Shown here in pieces: positions 48,301 to 60,400 of a DNA stretch of 64,000 bases. A program made the translations under genes and the position numbers. The stretch's first letter is position 1. Each line of letters starts with the position of its first letter. The DNA is from Scyliorhinus canicula. Lineage: Eukaryota. Below the pieces are notes generated by a model. That model had not been told where the DNA came from. It did no database searches and was given only the letters and a program-made list of their open reading frames with translations. The stretch spans positions 70,656,520-70,720,519 of the forward strand of contig NC_052159.1 in assembly GCF_902713615.1 (NCBI RefSeq). The letters are read 5' to 3'.

Positions 48301-51300
48301 GTGATATTGTTATGGATGGAAGTAATGCTGCAGCAAGCAGGAAGAGTCCAGTAATGTTCCAGTGGAAACTGGAGAAGTTATCTGCACTGAGCCATCTTCA
48401 CAAGTCAAGAGTCCACACAGTGAGGTTCAAACCGATTTACCTCTACTGCAGTAGCAGCTGCTAGTGAATTGTGATGCTCCCAAAGGATCAGGAAGTTCCT
48501 AGACCAACGTATCTTATAAGGGAGTGTGTTGATATCCATTTGTTGTATATTATTGTAAGTAGTTCTACTGTTATTGATATGTGTTAATCAGGAACTTAAA
48601 GGGAGAGGGATGTGGTGGTGTGCCCCTTTAAGGGGCTAGTTCTTGGAGGGTCATGTGATCCATTTGGCCAATCGGGCTGAAGCAGCCAAATCCTCACGCT
48701 GAGCGTGGGTTTTCCTTGCGGTTTGGAGGCTGGAGTCGTGGAGTATGGTAGCCTTTATCGCACTCTCTGTAAATAGTTACTTATCTGAATGAACCGTTTA
48801 TTCGTTGATCAACTTGGTGGTAGCCTGTGCTACAGGATACTACATATAGCAACACTTTTTTCACTCTGCTTCTTCAGTTCAACCTTTCTGCCTTCTACTG
48901 TACCCTCATTCTAGCTGCTTCTCTTCTTCCCCTCCAATTCAGAATATTCTGGCACTTTACTTCTACTTCTCACATTCAAACTGATACTGTGAGGGAAAAA
49001 TCTTACCAGCCCCATCAATTATGTGATTTGGGCAAGGGGGGGCACGTTGGGTGATAGGGTGATGTGGAAATTTGAAACGTTGCATATTGGTTTGCCCTCC
49101 TGACTTGGTTCCAGCTCTAGGGGTATTTCCAGATGTGGGAAACCTACAGCAGAAAATGTCTGCCTGGTAGAAATATCCAACCAAGGCACTTAAAAGGATA
49201 ATTAACTACTGTTTTTGGATGAAGTTGGAATCTTTTGAGTGATGTCTGCTCCCCCCCCCCCCCCCCCCCCACTCCTTGCCTCACCCTTCTGTATTGACTC
49301 CCTGGTAGGTGGGGGCAGTCAACCTCATAAAGGAATGTTGGAGCCTCATTACTTTTGAGACTCTTGAAGAGCTCACTGGCAACATATGTCAAGTCTGTTG
49401 TCTGCCCATATTGCGCCTTGTCATTGAGCAAAGGCATTTTGGAGACAGATGCCTCCATTTGTCATATATCAGTAAACTTATCGTCTGTCCCACACATGCT
49501 AATGGCGGCCACAGTACCTTCCTGCCACTCCATCTGTCTGGAGCACAACAGCACACCCACTGGTCTCATAGTGAGGTTGCTGACTTCCATTTAAGTGGGT
49601 TCAATGCCCTGCACTTCAGCCTTGGGAATCTTTTGAGGATGAGTGCAGAGGCGGCACTTAATTGTTCGCACTACCACCCCCAGAATATTCTTCATGTTAA
49701 CACACCTCTGATCCATCCAAACTCGGAACTCAGAATTGGTCCCAACCTACAAAAGTATTCAAAGAGGGAGGGATTGCATCCACTATTTCATCTCTAATTT
49801 CCTCACTTCATGTTGTTCCCCATTTTCCTCAGTTCAATTTCTGTTGCCACTAAGCTCCTCCCGTCTCTGCCCACTGGGTGAATGTTTGCAGCTTCAACCC
49901 AAGGCCCTTTACTCTTCATCGCCGCATAATGCATTCCTCTCTCCTTTGTTGCTATTCATTTCCCTCTTTCCCCTCTCCTTCAGTGCAATCCATTCTGCTT
50001 TCCCGCTCCTCATCATTGCAATTCTTTTCCCATCTTTCCTTTCCTTTCCTTTCCTCTCTTTTGTGATTCATTTCCACTTCCCCTTTTCCCTCAGCATCCA
50101 CTCGGCATGATTAATGCTACTAATGGACCAGAAGCTGGCCCAGCCCTTCTCAGCACTGCTCTCTGAGAACTGCAACTAATTGAAAAGATCCCTGCCTTTA
50201 CATATTGTAGGCAGGGACTGCCTGTTCTCATGAGATTTCTGTCTATAATTTTCAAGAAATAAATTTCACAGTGGGAACAGTGAAAGGGAACAAACAGATA
50301 ATTGTATAAAATGCAACCCTCTGTCTTGAGTATTATTGCTGCACAGGCTGCCGTTCTCTTTTCAATGGAATAAATATTTAACAGAGTCAAGGGGATATAT
50401 TTATTGCAGACAATCCTGATTAGTCATCAAAACATCACAAGCACAAAGGCTGGAACAATGTACGAAGTACCAATTGGTGAATGACTGCAACAGAGACAGA
50501 AAATATACAAAAGATCAAATGAAATGATTTCAACTCCATTAGAGCTATTCCCATTAATCAGTCACTGGATTTTCTACCCATTATACCCATTCAATAAACC
50601 ATGATGTTATCACACTATTTTTCCTCTGTGACATAAATCATATTAACAAATTCAAACTGCGTTCTGTGAAAGACAACCTGCTTTGAAAAAAACCGCAAGC
50701 ACACACTTAACGGAAGAGGAGAGGCAATATATATATCTAACAATGGTAAACTTTTAATGGTACTTAGAAAAAGATGGTTACAGAAACTGCACACCTGGTG
50801 AAACATGCTGAAAAAACAATTAGTGCAGTTGCACTCCAGAGCATCTCCCTCAGCATTGCCAAGCCATTTTCAGTCCTGAGCCAAAATTTCACATTCGAGG
50901 AAAATAGTTGTTTCCTTCAGCATCAAGGACTAAAACAACCTTGGTCTAGATGAAGCTCTCTGCTGTAAAGGGAAAATGTTGTCCCCAGCATAGCATAATT
51001 CATCGCCTGGGTAAGCAGCAGGTTTCACTGGTAAAGAAAGACCTGCTTTTAGATTGCACTTTTCATGATCACAGGATGTCTCAAAGTGCTTTACAGCCAA
51101 TGAATTACTTTCTGAAGTGTAATCACTGTTGTAATATAGAAAACGCACCAACCAATATGCTCTGAAAGACAGCACATCCGTAAGTGCAGCACTCTCTCCA
51201 CCAGCAGCAATGTAAGAATGATTAGGTAATCTGTTCTTTGGGATGTTGATTAAGGGATAAATATTGCAGAGGGATAACTCCCCCTCTCTTTTTCAAAGCA

Positions 51301-51345
51301 AACCTTTACATCCACATGAGCAAGGCAGATGAGGCCTGATTTAGT

Positions 51346-51471
51346 GAGTGGGATTCTCCGGCCGCTTCCGCCCGGTGACCGGAGAATCCCGCCCGAGGTC
51401 AATAGCCTTCTCCATTGTCTGCGGGTCGCCCATATCATTCTTGCGGCAGGCGGGGCGGAGGAATTCAGCCC
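51346..51471. mobile_element. 126-bp mini-MITE with the same TIR family
   Basis: GAGTGGGATTCTCC ... GAGGAATTCAGCCC; TSD AGT on both sides; terminal hairpin GGGATTCTCCGG...CCGGAGAATCCC. Confidence 0.75.
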
Positions 51472-51834
51472 AGTATTTCATCTGATAGACAGAACATCTG
51501 GAAGTGCAGCACTCTCTCAGTATTGCATGGGAGCATCAGCTTTGTTTTTTGTGCTCAAACCCTGGAGTGGGACTGGAACCTAGAACCTTATGAAGTAGGG
51601 ATAAGAGCACTACCTGGTGAACCACAACTAACACTCCAAAAAGATACACTAAAAAGGAAAGGAATCTGTTAAATGAAGCGGTTATAACTCATAGTAGGTT
51701 ATTCCACATCTTAGATTTGATCAGTTTGATCATAGTTGACATATATTGGCTGACACTATAGGCCAACACTGTAGTGACAATATGGCCTACTTCTGCTCCT
51801 AATTCTTCATATGTATCCTAATTTCATCCACCAG

Positions 51835-52061
51835 GTAGTACAGTGGAGTAGTGGTTAGCATTTCTGCCTCACAGCGCCAAGGTCCCAGGTTTGATCCCGG
51901 CTTTGGGTTACTGGCCATGTGGAGTTTGCACATTCTCCCTGTGTTTGTGTGGGTTTCATCCCCACAACCCAAAGATGTGCAGGGTAGGTGGATTCGCCAT
52001 GCTAAATTGCCCCTTACTTGGAAAAAATGAATTGGGTACTTTAAATTTAATTAAAAAATAA
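51835..52061 (+). mobile_element. HE1-like short SINE
   Basis: GTGGTTAGC head; 16-bp TSD TAATTTCATCCACCAG (51819-51834, 52062-52077). Confidence 0.92.
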
Positions 52062-52282
52062 TAATTTCATCCACCAGCCTATCAATCTCAGTTTTGACAT
52101 TTTTTATTGATTTCACCTCAGTGGCCATTTGGGAGAGAGATTTTGTGTGAAGAAGTGCTTCCTGATGTAACTCCTGAATGGAATAGCTCTAATTTGAAGG
52201 TTATGAGCCATTGTTCTGAACTCTCACATGAGTAAAAATAGTTCCTATTATTCTACCCAATCAAATCCTTCAATAATCTTGA

Positions 52283-52460
52283 ATGAATGAAAACTGCTTA
52301 TTGTCACAAGTAGGCTTCAAATGAAGTTACTGTGAAAAGCCCCTAGTCGCCACATTCCAGCACCTGTTCGGGGAGGCTGATACGGGAATTGAACCGTGCT
52401 GCTGGCCTGCCTTGGTCTGCTTTCAAAGCCAGCAATTTGGCCCTGTGCTAAACCAGCCCC
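52283..52460 (-). mobile_element. Short tRNA-derived SINE (same family as 42647-42821)
   Basis: Reverse-complement match to 42647-42821. Confidence 0.88.
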
Positions 52461-52675
52461 TTATTCTTATTCTTGTTTAAATATTATTAAATACTTCAGT
52501 TGGATCACTTTTAATCTTTGAAATCGAAGGCAATACAAGCCTACTCTATGTAAAGTGTCCTCAGAATTTAATCCTTTTAGCCCCAACAGCATTTTGCTGA
52601 AGCAAGAGAAAAATACTAGAATCTAAAATAGAAACAGAAATTGCTGAGTGTACTCAGTAGGTTAGGCAGTATCTG

Positions 52676-53377
52676 GTGTGCGATTCTCCGCCCCCCACGA
52701 CGGGTCGGAGAATAGCGGGAGGGCCTTCCCGACATTTTTCCCGACCTCCCGCTATTCTCCCCCCCCACGGCCGCCCCACGACATGAATCGCTGCTTGCCG
52801 TTTTTTTACGGCGAGCAGCGATTCTTCCATATCCGATGGGCCGATTTCCCAGGCCTTTAAGGCCGTTTTCACAAATTTAAACACACCTGCTATCACAGTT
52901 CGTGAAAACGGCCGCAAAGTGCCGTTCTGCACAACCATGCCACCGATTGGCACGGCCATAGGGTGGCATGGGCCCGCGATCGGTGCCCACCGATCGCGGG
53001 CAGCAGGTCCTATTCCCGCGCACTCTTTGTCCCTCCGCCGCCCCGCAGGGGCGGCTGAGGGGCATGACGGACCGCACATGCGCAGGTTTGACGCATATGC
53101 GCGATGACATCATCCGCGCATGCGCGGGTTGGAGCCATCCAACCCGCGCATGCGCGGCTGACGTCATCGTGCGCGTCAGCCGCCGTGAGTCTTGGCGGCT
53201 GGCTTAGCGAACGTTCGCTAAGCCCGCGCTGCCGTTCTTCCCGGGGCCGCGATGCTAACCCCGACCGGGGGGGGGGGGATGAATCGGGTCCCGGGAGGGG
53301 GCGCGGAGGCTGCCGTGAAACACGGCCGGTTTCACGGCAGCCTTTACGACTCTCCGCATTTGCGGAGAATCGCGCCC
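52676..53377. mobile_element. CpG-rich MITE (first subfamily)
   Basis: TIRs GTGTGCGATTCTCC / GGAGAATCGCGCCC; perfect TSD CTG (52673-52675, 53378-53380). Confidence 0.9.
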
Positions 53378-53694
53378 CTGAAGAGGGATTACCTTTTGTC
53401 AGATTCTGACTGTTATCAGCTGCGGCTCTGCTAACAGTCCTCTCCTCTCTGAGTCAAAATGTGCGATTAAGTCCTAGGACTTTGGCATGAAGACCAAGGT
53501 TAATACTCCAGTGCAGTGCAGAGGTAGTGCAGCAATCGTGGAGGTGTCGTCTTTCAGTGTGATGTGAAATGAAGGCCCTGCCTGCCCTCTTCGTTTGATG
53601 AAAAAGATCCTGGTTCATTAGTTTGAAGAAGAGTAAGGAAATTATTCCTGGTGTCCAACTAATTTTTACCTCTTAATTGACATCACACAAAAAC

Positions 53695-55900
53695 GACCAT
53701 GAGACCATAAGGTACAGAAGCAGAATTTGTCCCCTCGAGTCTGCTGTGCCATTCAATCATAGCTGATACTTTTCTCATCCCCATTCTCCTGCCTTCTCCC
53801 CATAATCCCTGATCCTCTTATAATCAGGAACCTATCTATCTCTGTCTTAAAAACACTCAGTGACTTGGTCTCCACAGCCTTCTGGGGCAATACGTTCCAC
53901 AGATTCCTCAGGCTGAAGAAATTCCTCCTCATCTCAGTTTTAAAAGATCACCCCTTCAGTCTGAGGCTGTACGCCTGGGCTCTAGTGCTCCTACTAGTGG
54001 AAACATCCTCTCCACATCCACTCGATCTAGGCCTCTTAGTATTCTGCAAGTTTCAATGAGATCCCCCCTCATCCTTCTAAACTCCATAGAGTCCAGGCTC
54101 AGAGTCTTCACCTGCTGCTCATGTGACAAGCCCTTCATTTCAGGATCATTCTTGTGAACCTCCTTTGGACCCTCTCCAAGATCAGCACATCCTTCATTAG
54201 TTCTGGGACCCAAAACCGCTCACAATATTCCAAATGGGGTCAGACGAGAACCTTAAATAGCCTCAGCAGTACATCCTTGCTCTTGTATTCTCGCCCTCTT
54301 GAAATCAATGAAAAAATTTGCCTTGCTAACTACCAACAGAACCTTCATGCTAACCTTAAGAGAATCCTTAATTAGGACCCCTAAGTCCCTTTGTGCATCA
54401 GATTTCCAAAACCTTTTCTCATTTAAAAAATTGTCCCGGCCTCTATTCTTCCTACCAAAGTGCATAACCTTACACTTTTCCCCATTGTATTCCATCTGCC
54501 ACTTCTTTGCCCACTCTCTTAGCCTGCCCAGGTCCTTCTACAGCACCCCTGCTTACACAACACAACCTATCTTTGTATCATCTACAAACTTAGCAACAAT
54601 GCCTTCAGTTCCTTTTTCCAGATTGTTAATTTATAATGTAAATAGTTGTGGCCACAAACTGATAACTGCGGAATACTACTAGTCACCGGCTGCCATCATG
54701 AAGAAGACCCCTTTATCCCCACTCGGTGGGCGGGATTCTCCGAAATGGAGGCAGAGAGTCCGCGCCGTCGTGAACGCTGTCGCGTTTCACGACGGCGCAA
54801 AACGGGTGCGGGCACTACCGATTCTGGCCAGCACGGCACTGGAGCGGTTCACGCCACTCCAGCCTCCCTTCCTGGCGCCAACTGGGCGCCGCACCAACCC
54901 GCGCATGTGAAGTGGCACCACGCCAACCCGCAAATGCGCGGGGGGCTTTCTCAACGCGCCGGCCGCAACGCAACATGGCGCGGGGGTTCAGGGGCCGGCC
55001 ACATACAAAATAGGGCAGGGTTTGGAGAGGTTTGCCCCGATCGTGAGCCAGACCCCATAGGAGGCCCCCAGCGGTGAAGGAGCATCCCTCTATTTCCCAC
55101 AGGCCACCCCCCGACCCTGCGCGCAGAGTTCCTGCCGGCTGCGAGCAGGTGTGGATGGCACCGGAGGGAGTCTGCTGGTTCCGCGCGGCTGCTCGGCCCA
55201 TCGAGGCCGGAAAATCGGTGGCCCGGCTGCAGACAGCGGCCCACGACTGGTGCCATGCCAAATGCGCCGGCGCAAATGGTGCCGATTCTCCACTGCTCGG
55301 AGAATCATGTACCGGCGTCGGGGCGGCGTGGCGCGGTTGCGCCGATTTTCCGGCCCGGCAGACGGGAGGTTATACCTATCAAACCTGTTAAAATTCTTTC
55401 AGGAGGTAACAAGGGTGCTAGATAAAGGAGAGCCAGTGGACGTGATCTATTTTGATTTCCAGCAGGCCTTTGACAATGTTTCATACAGGGGGCTGCTAAA
55501 TAAAACAAGAGCCTATGGTGTTAGGGGCATGGATAGAGGATTGGCTGTCTGGCAGAAGACAGAGGGTGGGATTCTCTGAGACCCTCCTGCCTGCAGAGAC
55601 TCCTGAAAGATCACCACCAATGCCTCCACAAACTCCTCAACTATCTCCTTCAGAACCCTGGGGTGTATTCCATCCAGTCCGAGTGATTTATCCATCTTCA
55701 AACCTGTCAGTTTACCCAGCACCTTCTCCTTAGTGATGGCCACTACACTCAGCTCTGCCCCCTGACTCTCTTGAAGATCTGTGGTATGAAACTGGTGGTT
55801 GCCACTGTGAAGACTGATGTAAAATACCTACTCAGTGTCTCTATCATTTCTTTTTTCCCTATTACTACGTCTCCAGCTTCACTTCCCAATGTCCAATACC
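53695..55900 (-). mobile_element. CR1 LINE (minus strand), interrupted by a MITE and a local inversion
   Basis: Minus-strand ...MKGLSHEQ...MRGDLIET and ITKEKVLGKL...DGIHPRVLKE; segment 55364-55563 (GRLYLSNLLKFFQEVT...WIEDWLSGRRQR) is on the plus strand. Confidence 0.9.
54728..55368. mobile_element. CpG-rich MITE (third subfamily); right TIR displaced to 55564-55576
   Basis: Left TIR GGGCGGGATTCTCC; the right end stops at ...CCGGCCCGGCAGACGGGAG. Confidence 0.8.
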
Positions 55901-56021
55901 CAAATCAAATCAGATCATCTGATCATTATAACAAAGTGCTCCAGCCAGCGAAGACCCATGCTTCTCGCTGGTTCTAGGAGAGAAGCTGATGTGCTATTCA
56001 ATGATACTTATATTTTTTTCC

Positions 56022-56345
56022 CGGCACAGTGGCATAGTGGTTAGCACTGCTGCTTCACAGAGCCAGGCATCCGGGTCCAATTCCAGACTTGCGTGACTGC
56101 CTGAGTGGAATTTGTAAAATTTCCCTGTGTCTGCATGGGTTTTCTCCGGGCACTCTGGTTTCCTCCACAGTCCAAAGCTATGCAGGTTAGGTGTGTTGGC
56201 CATTCTAAGTTGCCTCTTAGTGTCCAAAGGTTAGATGGAGTTATTGGGTTACAGGGATAGGGTGGGGGCATGTGTTTAGATAGGGTGCTCTTTCAGAGCA
56301 TCAAATGTCTTCCTTCTGCACTGTAGGGATTCTATGATTCTATGA
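56022..56345 (+). mobile_element. HE1-like SINE
   Basis: GGCACAGTGGCATAGTGGTTAGC head, conserved core, CTATGATTCTATGA tail. Confidence 0.88.
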
Positions 56346-56761
56346 TCGGTTCTATGCTGGACCTGTGAGAGATGGGGCCTAAACTCTCTGACAGGTCCGA
56401 CTCCTCAGAGATTGGGCGCCATTTTTAAATGGCGCTTTGATCTCGGAATAATGTTACAGCCCCTTCTAATAGCTGGCAAGAGCAACCTCAGTGAACTCTT
56501 TACCCCCCCCCCCCCCCCCCCCCAAGCCTTCCTCTTCAGGCCCTGCCTCTTGGCAGTGCTAACTTGGATTCCAAGGCGGGGGCAAGGGAGTGAGGACCCT
56601 CCTAACACATGCTTCCAGGGCACTGAGGGGGGGTCCTTCAGAGGAGGTAGTGGTTGAGGGGTTTGGGCTGGGCTGGAGGGCTCAGGTTGGGGATCTTTCC
56701 TGGGTTGGGGGTCATTTGGCTGGTCTTCCCATCTCTAGCCTTGAAAATCGTCAAACTGTAT

Positions 56762-57107
56762 TTCAGCATGTCAAGATCAAAGATTTGTGAGAGGAAAGTG
56801 AAAGTCTTCTCTCTGAACCCCTAAAACCTTTAAATTCCCATCCTGTCAAGTTCAAAGGTCTGTGAGATAAAGATAAACATTTACCCTTGAATGTGGTAGG
56901 AATCTTTGAAGTGCCTTTATTGCAGTCAATTTCATTGCCCTGTAACTTTTTGCCTCTGTGCATACTTGGAAACTTCAAAGGGAAGACTTTTACCTTCATC
57001 TCACAAATCTTTGAACTTGACTGGATGGGAGAGAGCTCAAGGGTATGAGTCTGCAGAGAGAACACTTTCACTTTCTTCTCACAGATCATTGATCTTGACA
57101 TGCTGAA
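56762..57107. repeat. Long inverted repeat (~130-bp arms, ~80-bp spacer)
   Basis: 56762-56891 is the reverse complement of 56974-57107; the outer 54 bp have 4 mismatches. Confidence 0.9.
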
Positions 57108-57404
57108 GCACAGTTTAATGGTTTTCGAGGCGACTGGGAGGCTGTGGTGAAGTGAAGTTTTCACTGGACTGGTAATCCAAAGGTTCAGGGTAATGATCTG
57201 GGGACTGCAGTTCGAATCCCAACACAGCAAATGGTGGAATTTAAACTCAATAAAATATCTGGAATTAAAAGTCTAATGATGACCATTGTTGATTGTCCTA
57301 AAACCCCATCTGGTTCACTAATGCCCTTTATGGAAGGTCGTCTGCCATCCTTACCTGGTGGGCTGACATGTGACTCTAGAGCCACAGCAATGTTACTCAC
57401 TCTT

Positions 57405-57620
57405 TTTTTTAAACTAAATTTAGAGTGCCCAATTCATTTTTTCCGATTAAGGGGCAATTTAGCATGTTCAATCCACCTACCTTGCATATCTTTGAGTTGT
57501 GGGGGCGAAACCCATGCAAAAATGGGGAGAATGTGCAAACTCCACACGGACAGTGACCCAGAGCCGGGATTGTATCTGGGACCTCGGCGCCGTGCTACTA
57601 CTGCGGCACCGTGTTGCCCG
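57405..57620 (-). mobile_element. HE1-like short SINE
   Basis: 15-bp TSD ATGTTACTCACTCTT (57390-57404, 57621-57635). Confidence 0.92.
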
Positions 57621-58485
57621 ATGTTACTCACTCTTACGTGACCTCTGAAATGGCCTACCAAGCCACTCAGTTTTACACAACTGCTACAAAATACAAAAAA
57701 AGATTGAAACCAGGTGGACCACCCAGACTAGGCATCGGAAGCGGCAACGGCAAACCTAACCCTGTCGACCCTGCAAAGTAATTCTTACTTACATCTGGGG
57801 GCTGGTGCCTGACATATTCATTCTCACGGAATCATACCTTGCAGACAATGTGCCAGGCACAACTATCATCATTCCTCACTGGCAGGACAGACCCAGCAAC
57901 GGTGGCGGCACAGTTGTATACAGTCAGGAGGGAGTTGCCCTGGACGTCCTCAACATCAGCTCTGGACCCCATGAAGTCTCATGTCTTCAGGTTAAACATA
58001 GATATAGGAACCTCCTGCTGATTATCATGTACCGGCCACCATCAGCTGATGGATCAGTACTCCGCTGTGTTGAACACCACTTGGAGGAAGCACCGAGGGT
58101 GGCAAGGATGAAGCATGCACTCTGAGTGGGGGACTTCAATGTCCATCACCAAAAATGGCTTGGTAGTATCACCACAGACCAAGCTGGGCAGGTCCTAAAG
58201 GACATAGCTGCTAGACTGGGAGTGCAGCAGGTGGTGAGGAAACCAGCAAGCGAGAAAAACATACTCACCTATCTGCCTACTGAAGATGCATCAGTCCATG
58301 ACTTTACCAGTAGAAGTGGCCACTGCACAGTCCTTATGGAGAGAAAGTCCCATATTCACATTGAGGATTCCCTCCCTCATGTTGTGTGGCACTACCACCA
58401 GGCTAAATGGGATAGACAGATCTAGCAAGACTGGGCACCCATCAGGCACTGTGGGCCATCAGCAGCAGCAGAATTGAACTGAACC

Positions 58486-58717
58486 GGGCAGCACGGTGGC
58501 CCAGTGGTTAGCATTGCTGCCTTACGGTGCCGAGATCCCAGGTTCGATTCCGGCTCTGGGTCACTGTCCGTGTGGAGTTTGCACATTTTCCCCGTGTTTG
58601 CATGGGTTTCATTCCCACAACCCAAAAGATGTGCAGGGTAGGTGGATTGGCCACTCTAAATTGCCCCTTAATTAGAAATAATAAATTGGGTACTCTAAAT
58701 TTATTTTTAAAAAATTT
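58486..58717 (+). mobile_element. HE1-like short SINE
   Basis: GGGCAGCACGGTGGCCCAGTGGTTAGC...GGTTCGATTCC; TSD AACTGAACC (58477-58485, 58718-58726). Confidence 0.92.
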
Positions 58718-59439
58718 AACTGAACCACAATGTACAACCTCGTGGCCTGGCACATCCCCCACTCTACCATTACCACCAAGCCAGGGATCAACCCTGGTTC
58801 AATGAAAAGTGCAGGAGAGCATGCAATGAGCAACACCAGGCATACCTAAAAATGGGGTGTCATCCTGTGAACGTACAACACAGGACTACTTGTGTGTCAA
58901 ATAGCATAAGCAGCAAGTATTCGACAGAGCTAAGCAATTCCACAAAGATGGTTTCCAGATAGAGTGGATCGGAAGGCCCTATTCTCTTTATTTGAGGGTG
59001 TGTAAAACTAAGGGCATAGATTTAGGGTAAGGTGTAAGAAGTGTGGAGGGGTTTCAAAGGGGTGTGTTGTCACTCAGAGAATGGTGGGAATCTGGAACTC
59101 ATTGATTGAAAGGACGCTAGAGGCAGAAACCTTCATAACATTTAAAAAGTATTTGGAGATGCACTTGAAGTGCTGCAACCTTCAAAGCGGTGGACCAAGA
59201 AGCAGAGAGTGAGATTATGCTGGATGGCTACTTATCAGATGGTGTGGACCTGATGGATCCATAGCCTGCTTCATTTCTAGGATTCAGTCAGAACCAGAAG
59301 GCTGGGAACATTAAGGTTTGCCTACAAATAGGATGGTGTGGCATATTTTCTTATTCAAAGGAGGGATTTGAAATTGGTAAATTAAGGAATTTAATAGCCA
59401 AACCTCAACTGGGTTTATGCCAGGTGAAGAGAAAATAAT

Positions 59440-60400
59440 GAAACATTTATGTGGATGTGGAAGGGTAAGGGATACTTGGCATGGATCAATGGGAGGGAGG
59501 TCCTTCTTAACGAATTACTGGAACTCTTTGAGAAACAATGAACCTCGTTGACAAAGGAATTTCTGTCGAGGTATGATATTCAAATTTCAGAAATGCTTTT
59601 GATTGGTCAATGGGCTGGGGAGGAGGTATGAATGAGTCGAGTGCGCATTGGGTGAACCAGTAAAATAAACAAAAGGATGGTTCTGGATTGAGCTGCCTCG
59701 ACATGACAAGTGGTCTCTTGTGGGGAGCCACAGCAATCAGTGCTAGGGCCACTGTTGTTTACAGTTCTGATAAATGGATTGACCTGGGCACGTTTTGAAG
59801 CTGACATTACTTCTAGGGCTGGGACTGTTTTAAACAAAAGGCAAACCAAGTACAAAGGGATCCAAATTGGAAAGTGGAGCAGGTTTTTCAGTAGCAAATT
59901 CAAGGTGATTTGGATAAGCACAAGGTGATATACGGAGGAAGAAAAATACACAGTAGGGATAGAATATATATTTAGTTCTAGACTACTGGATATGGGGGAC
60001 GCTGTGAAATTATGAGTGGAAAGCTGACTGAAATCAAATCCTGTACTTAAAGCATTTATAAACACTTCCTTTTATTTACATGAGAAAAATAAGGAAGCGC
60101 CTAAACTTTATCGTGGTACAGATTTGGAATAATTACTGCGCTTTCAAAATGAAAAGCACTGAAGTGGTACTTTTTTTTGCATTTTTTTTTTTATTTCAAT
60201 TTTTGGTGCCAAAAGAAACCTATAAGCTAGAGTTGTTTACTTTGGAAGACAGGAGGCTGAGGGAAGATCTAATTGAGGTTTACAAAATTATGAGCGGTCC
60301 TAAAAGAATGGATAGGAAGGTCGTATTCTCCTTGGTTGGGGGCAGAGATTTACTGTAAAGGGTAGGAGGTTTCGAGGGGATTCAAAGCAAAACTCTTCTT
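59440..60400 (+). mobile_element. Ancient degenerate CR1 RT fragments
   Basis: GEPQQSVLGPLLFTVLINGL; LELFTLEDRRLREDLIEVYKIM. Confidence 0.7.

Larger units (their letters stand above)
43928..48844 (+). mobile_element. Gypsy LTR retrotransposon, near full length but heavily decayed
   Basis: LTRs 43928-44147 and 48611-48844 (both end GGATACTACA); PBS-like TGGTGATGAGG; PPT AAAGGGAGAGGGA; gag knuckle CYACNRRGHIKRKV, RT (SEWAAPI, LCGDYK, YLDD), RNase H and integrase remnants (PYHPASNGLAERAVQT). Confidence 0.93.
57150..58950 (+). mobile_element. CR1/L2-group LINE 5' half (endonuclease domain) with two SINE insertions
   Basis: PDIFILTESYL...QDRPSNGGG...YRPPSAD...GDFNVHHQKWLGS. Confidence 0.85.

Noticed and set aside
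49736-50110. Hydrophobic Phe/Leu/Ser-rich ORF resembling a membrane protein
   Set aside because: It is the translation of a CT-rich low-complexity tract.
58486-58560. tRNA gene-like A/B boxes (also in the other SINE heads)
   Set aside because: They continue into SINE core and tail sequence with TSDs; no complete cloverleaf.
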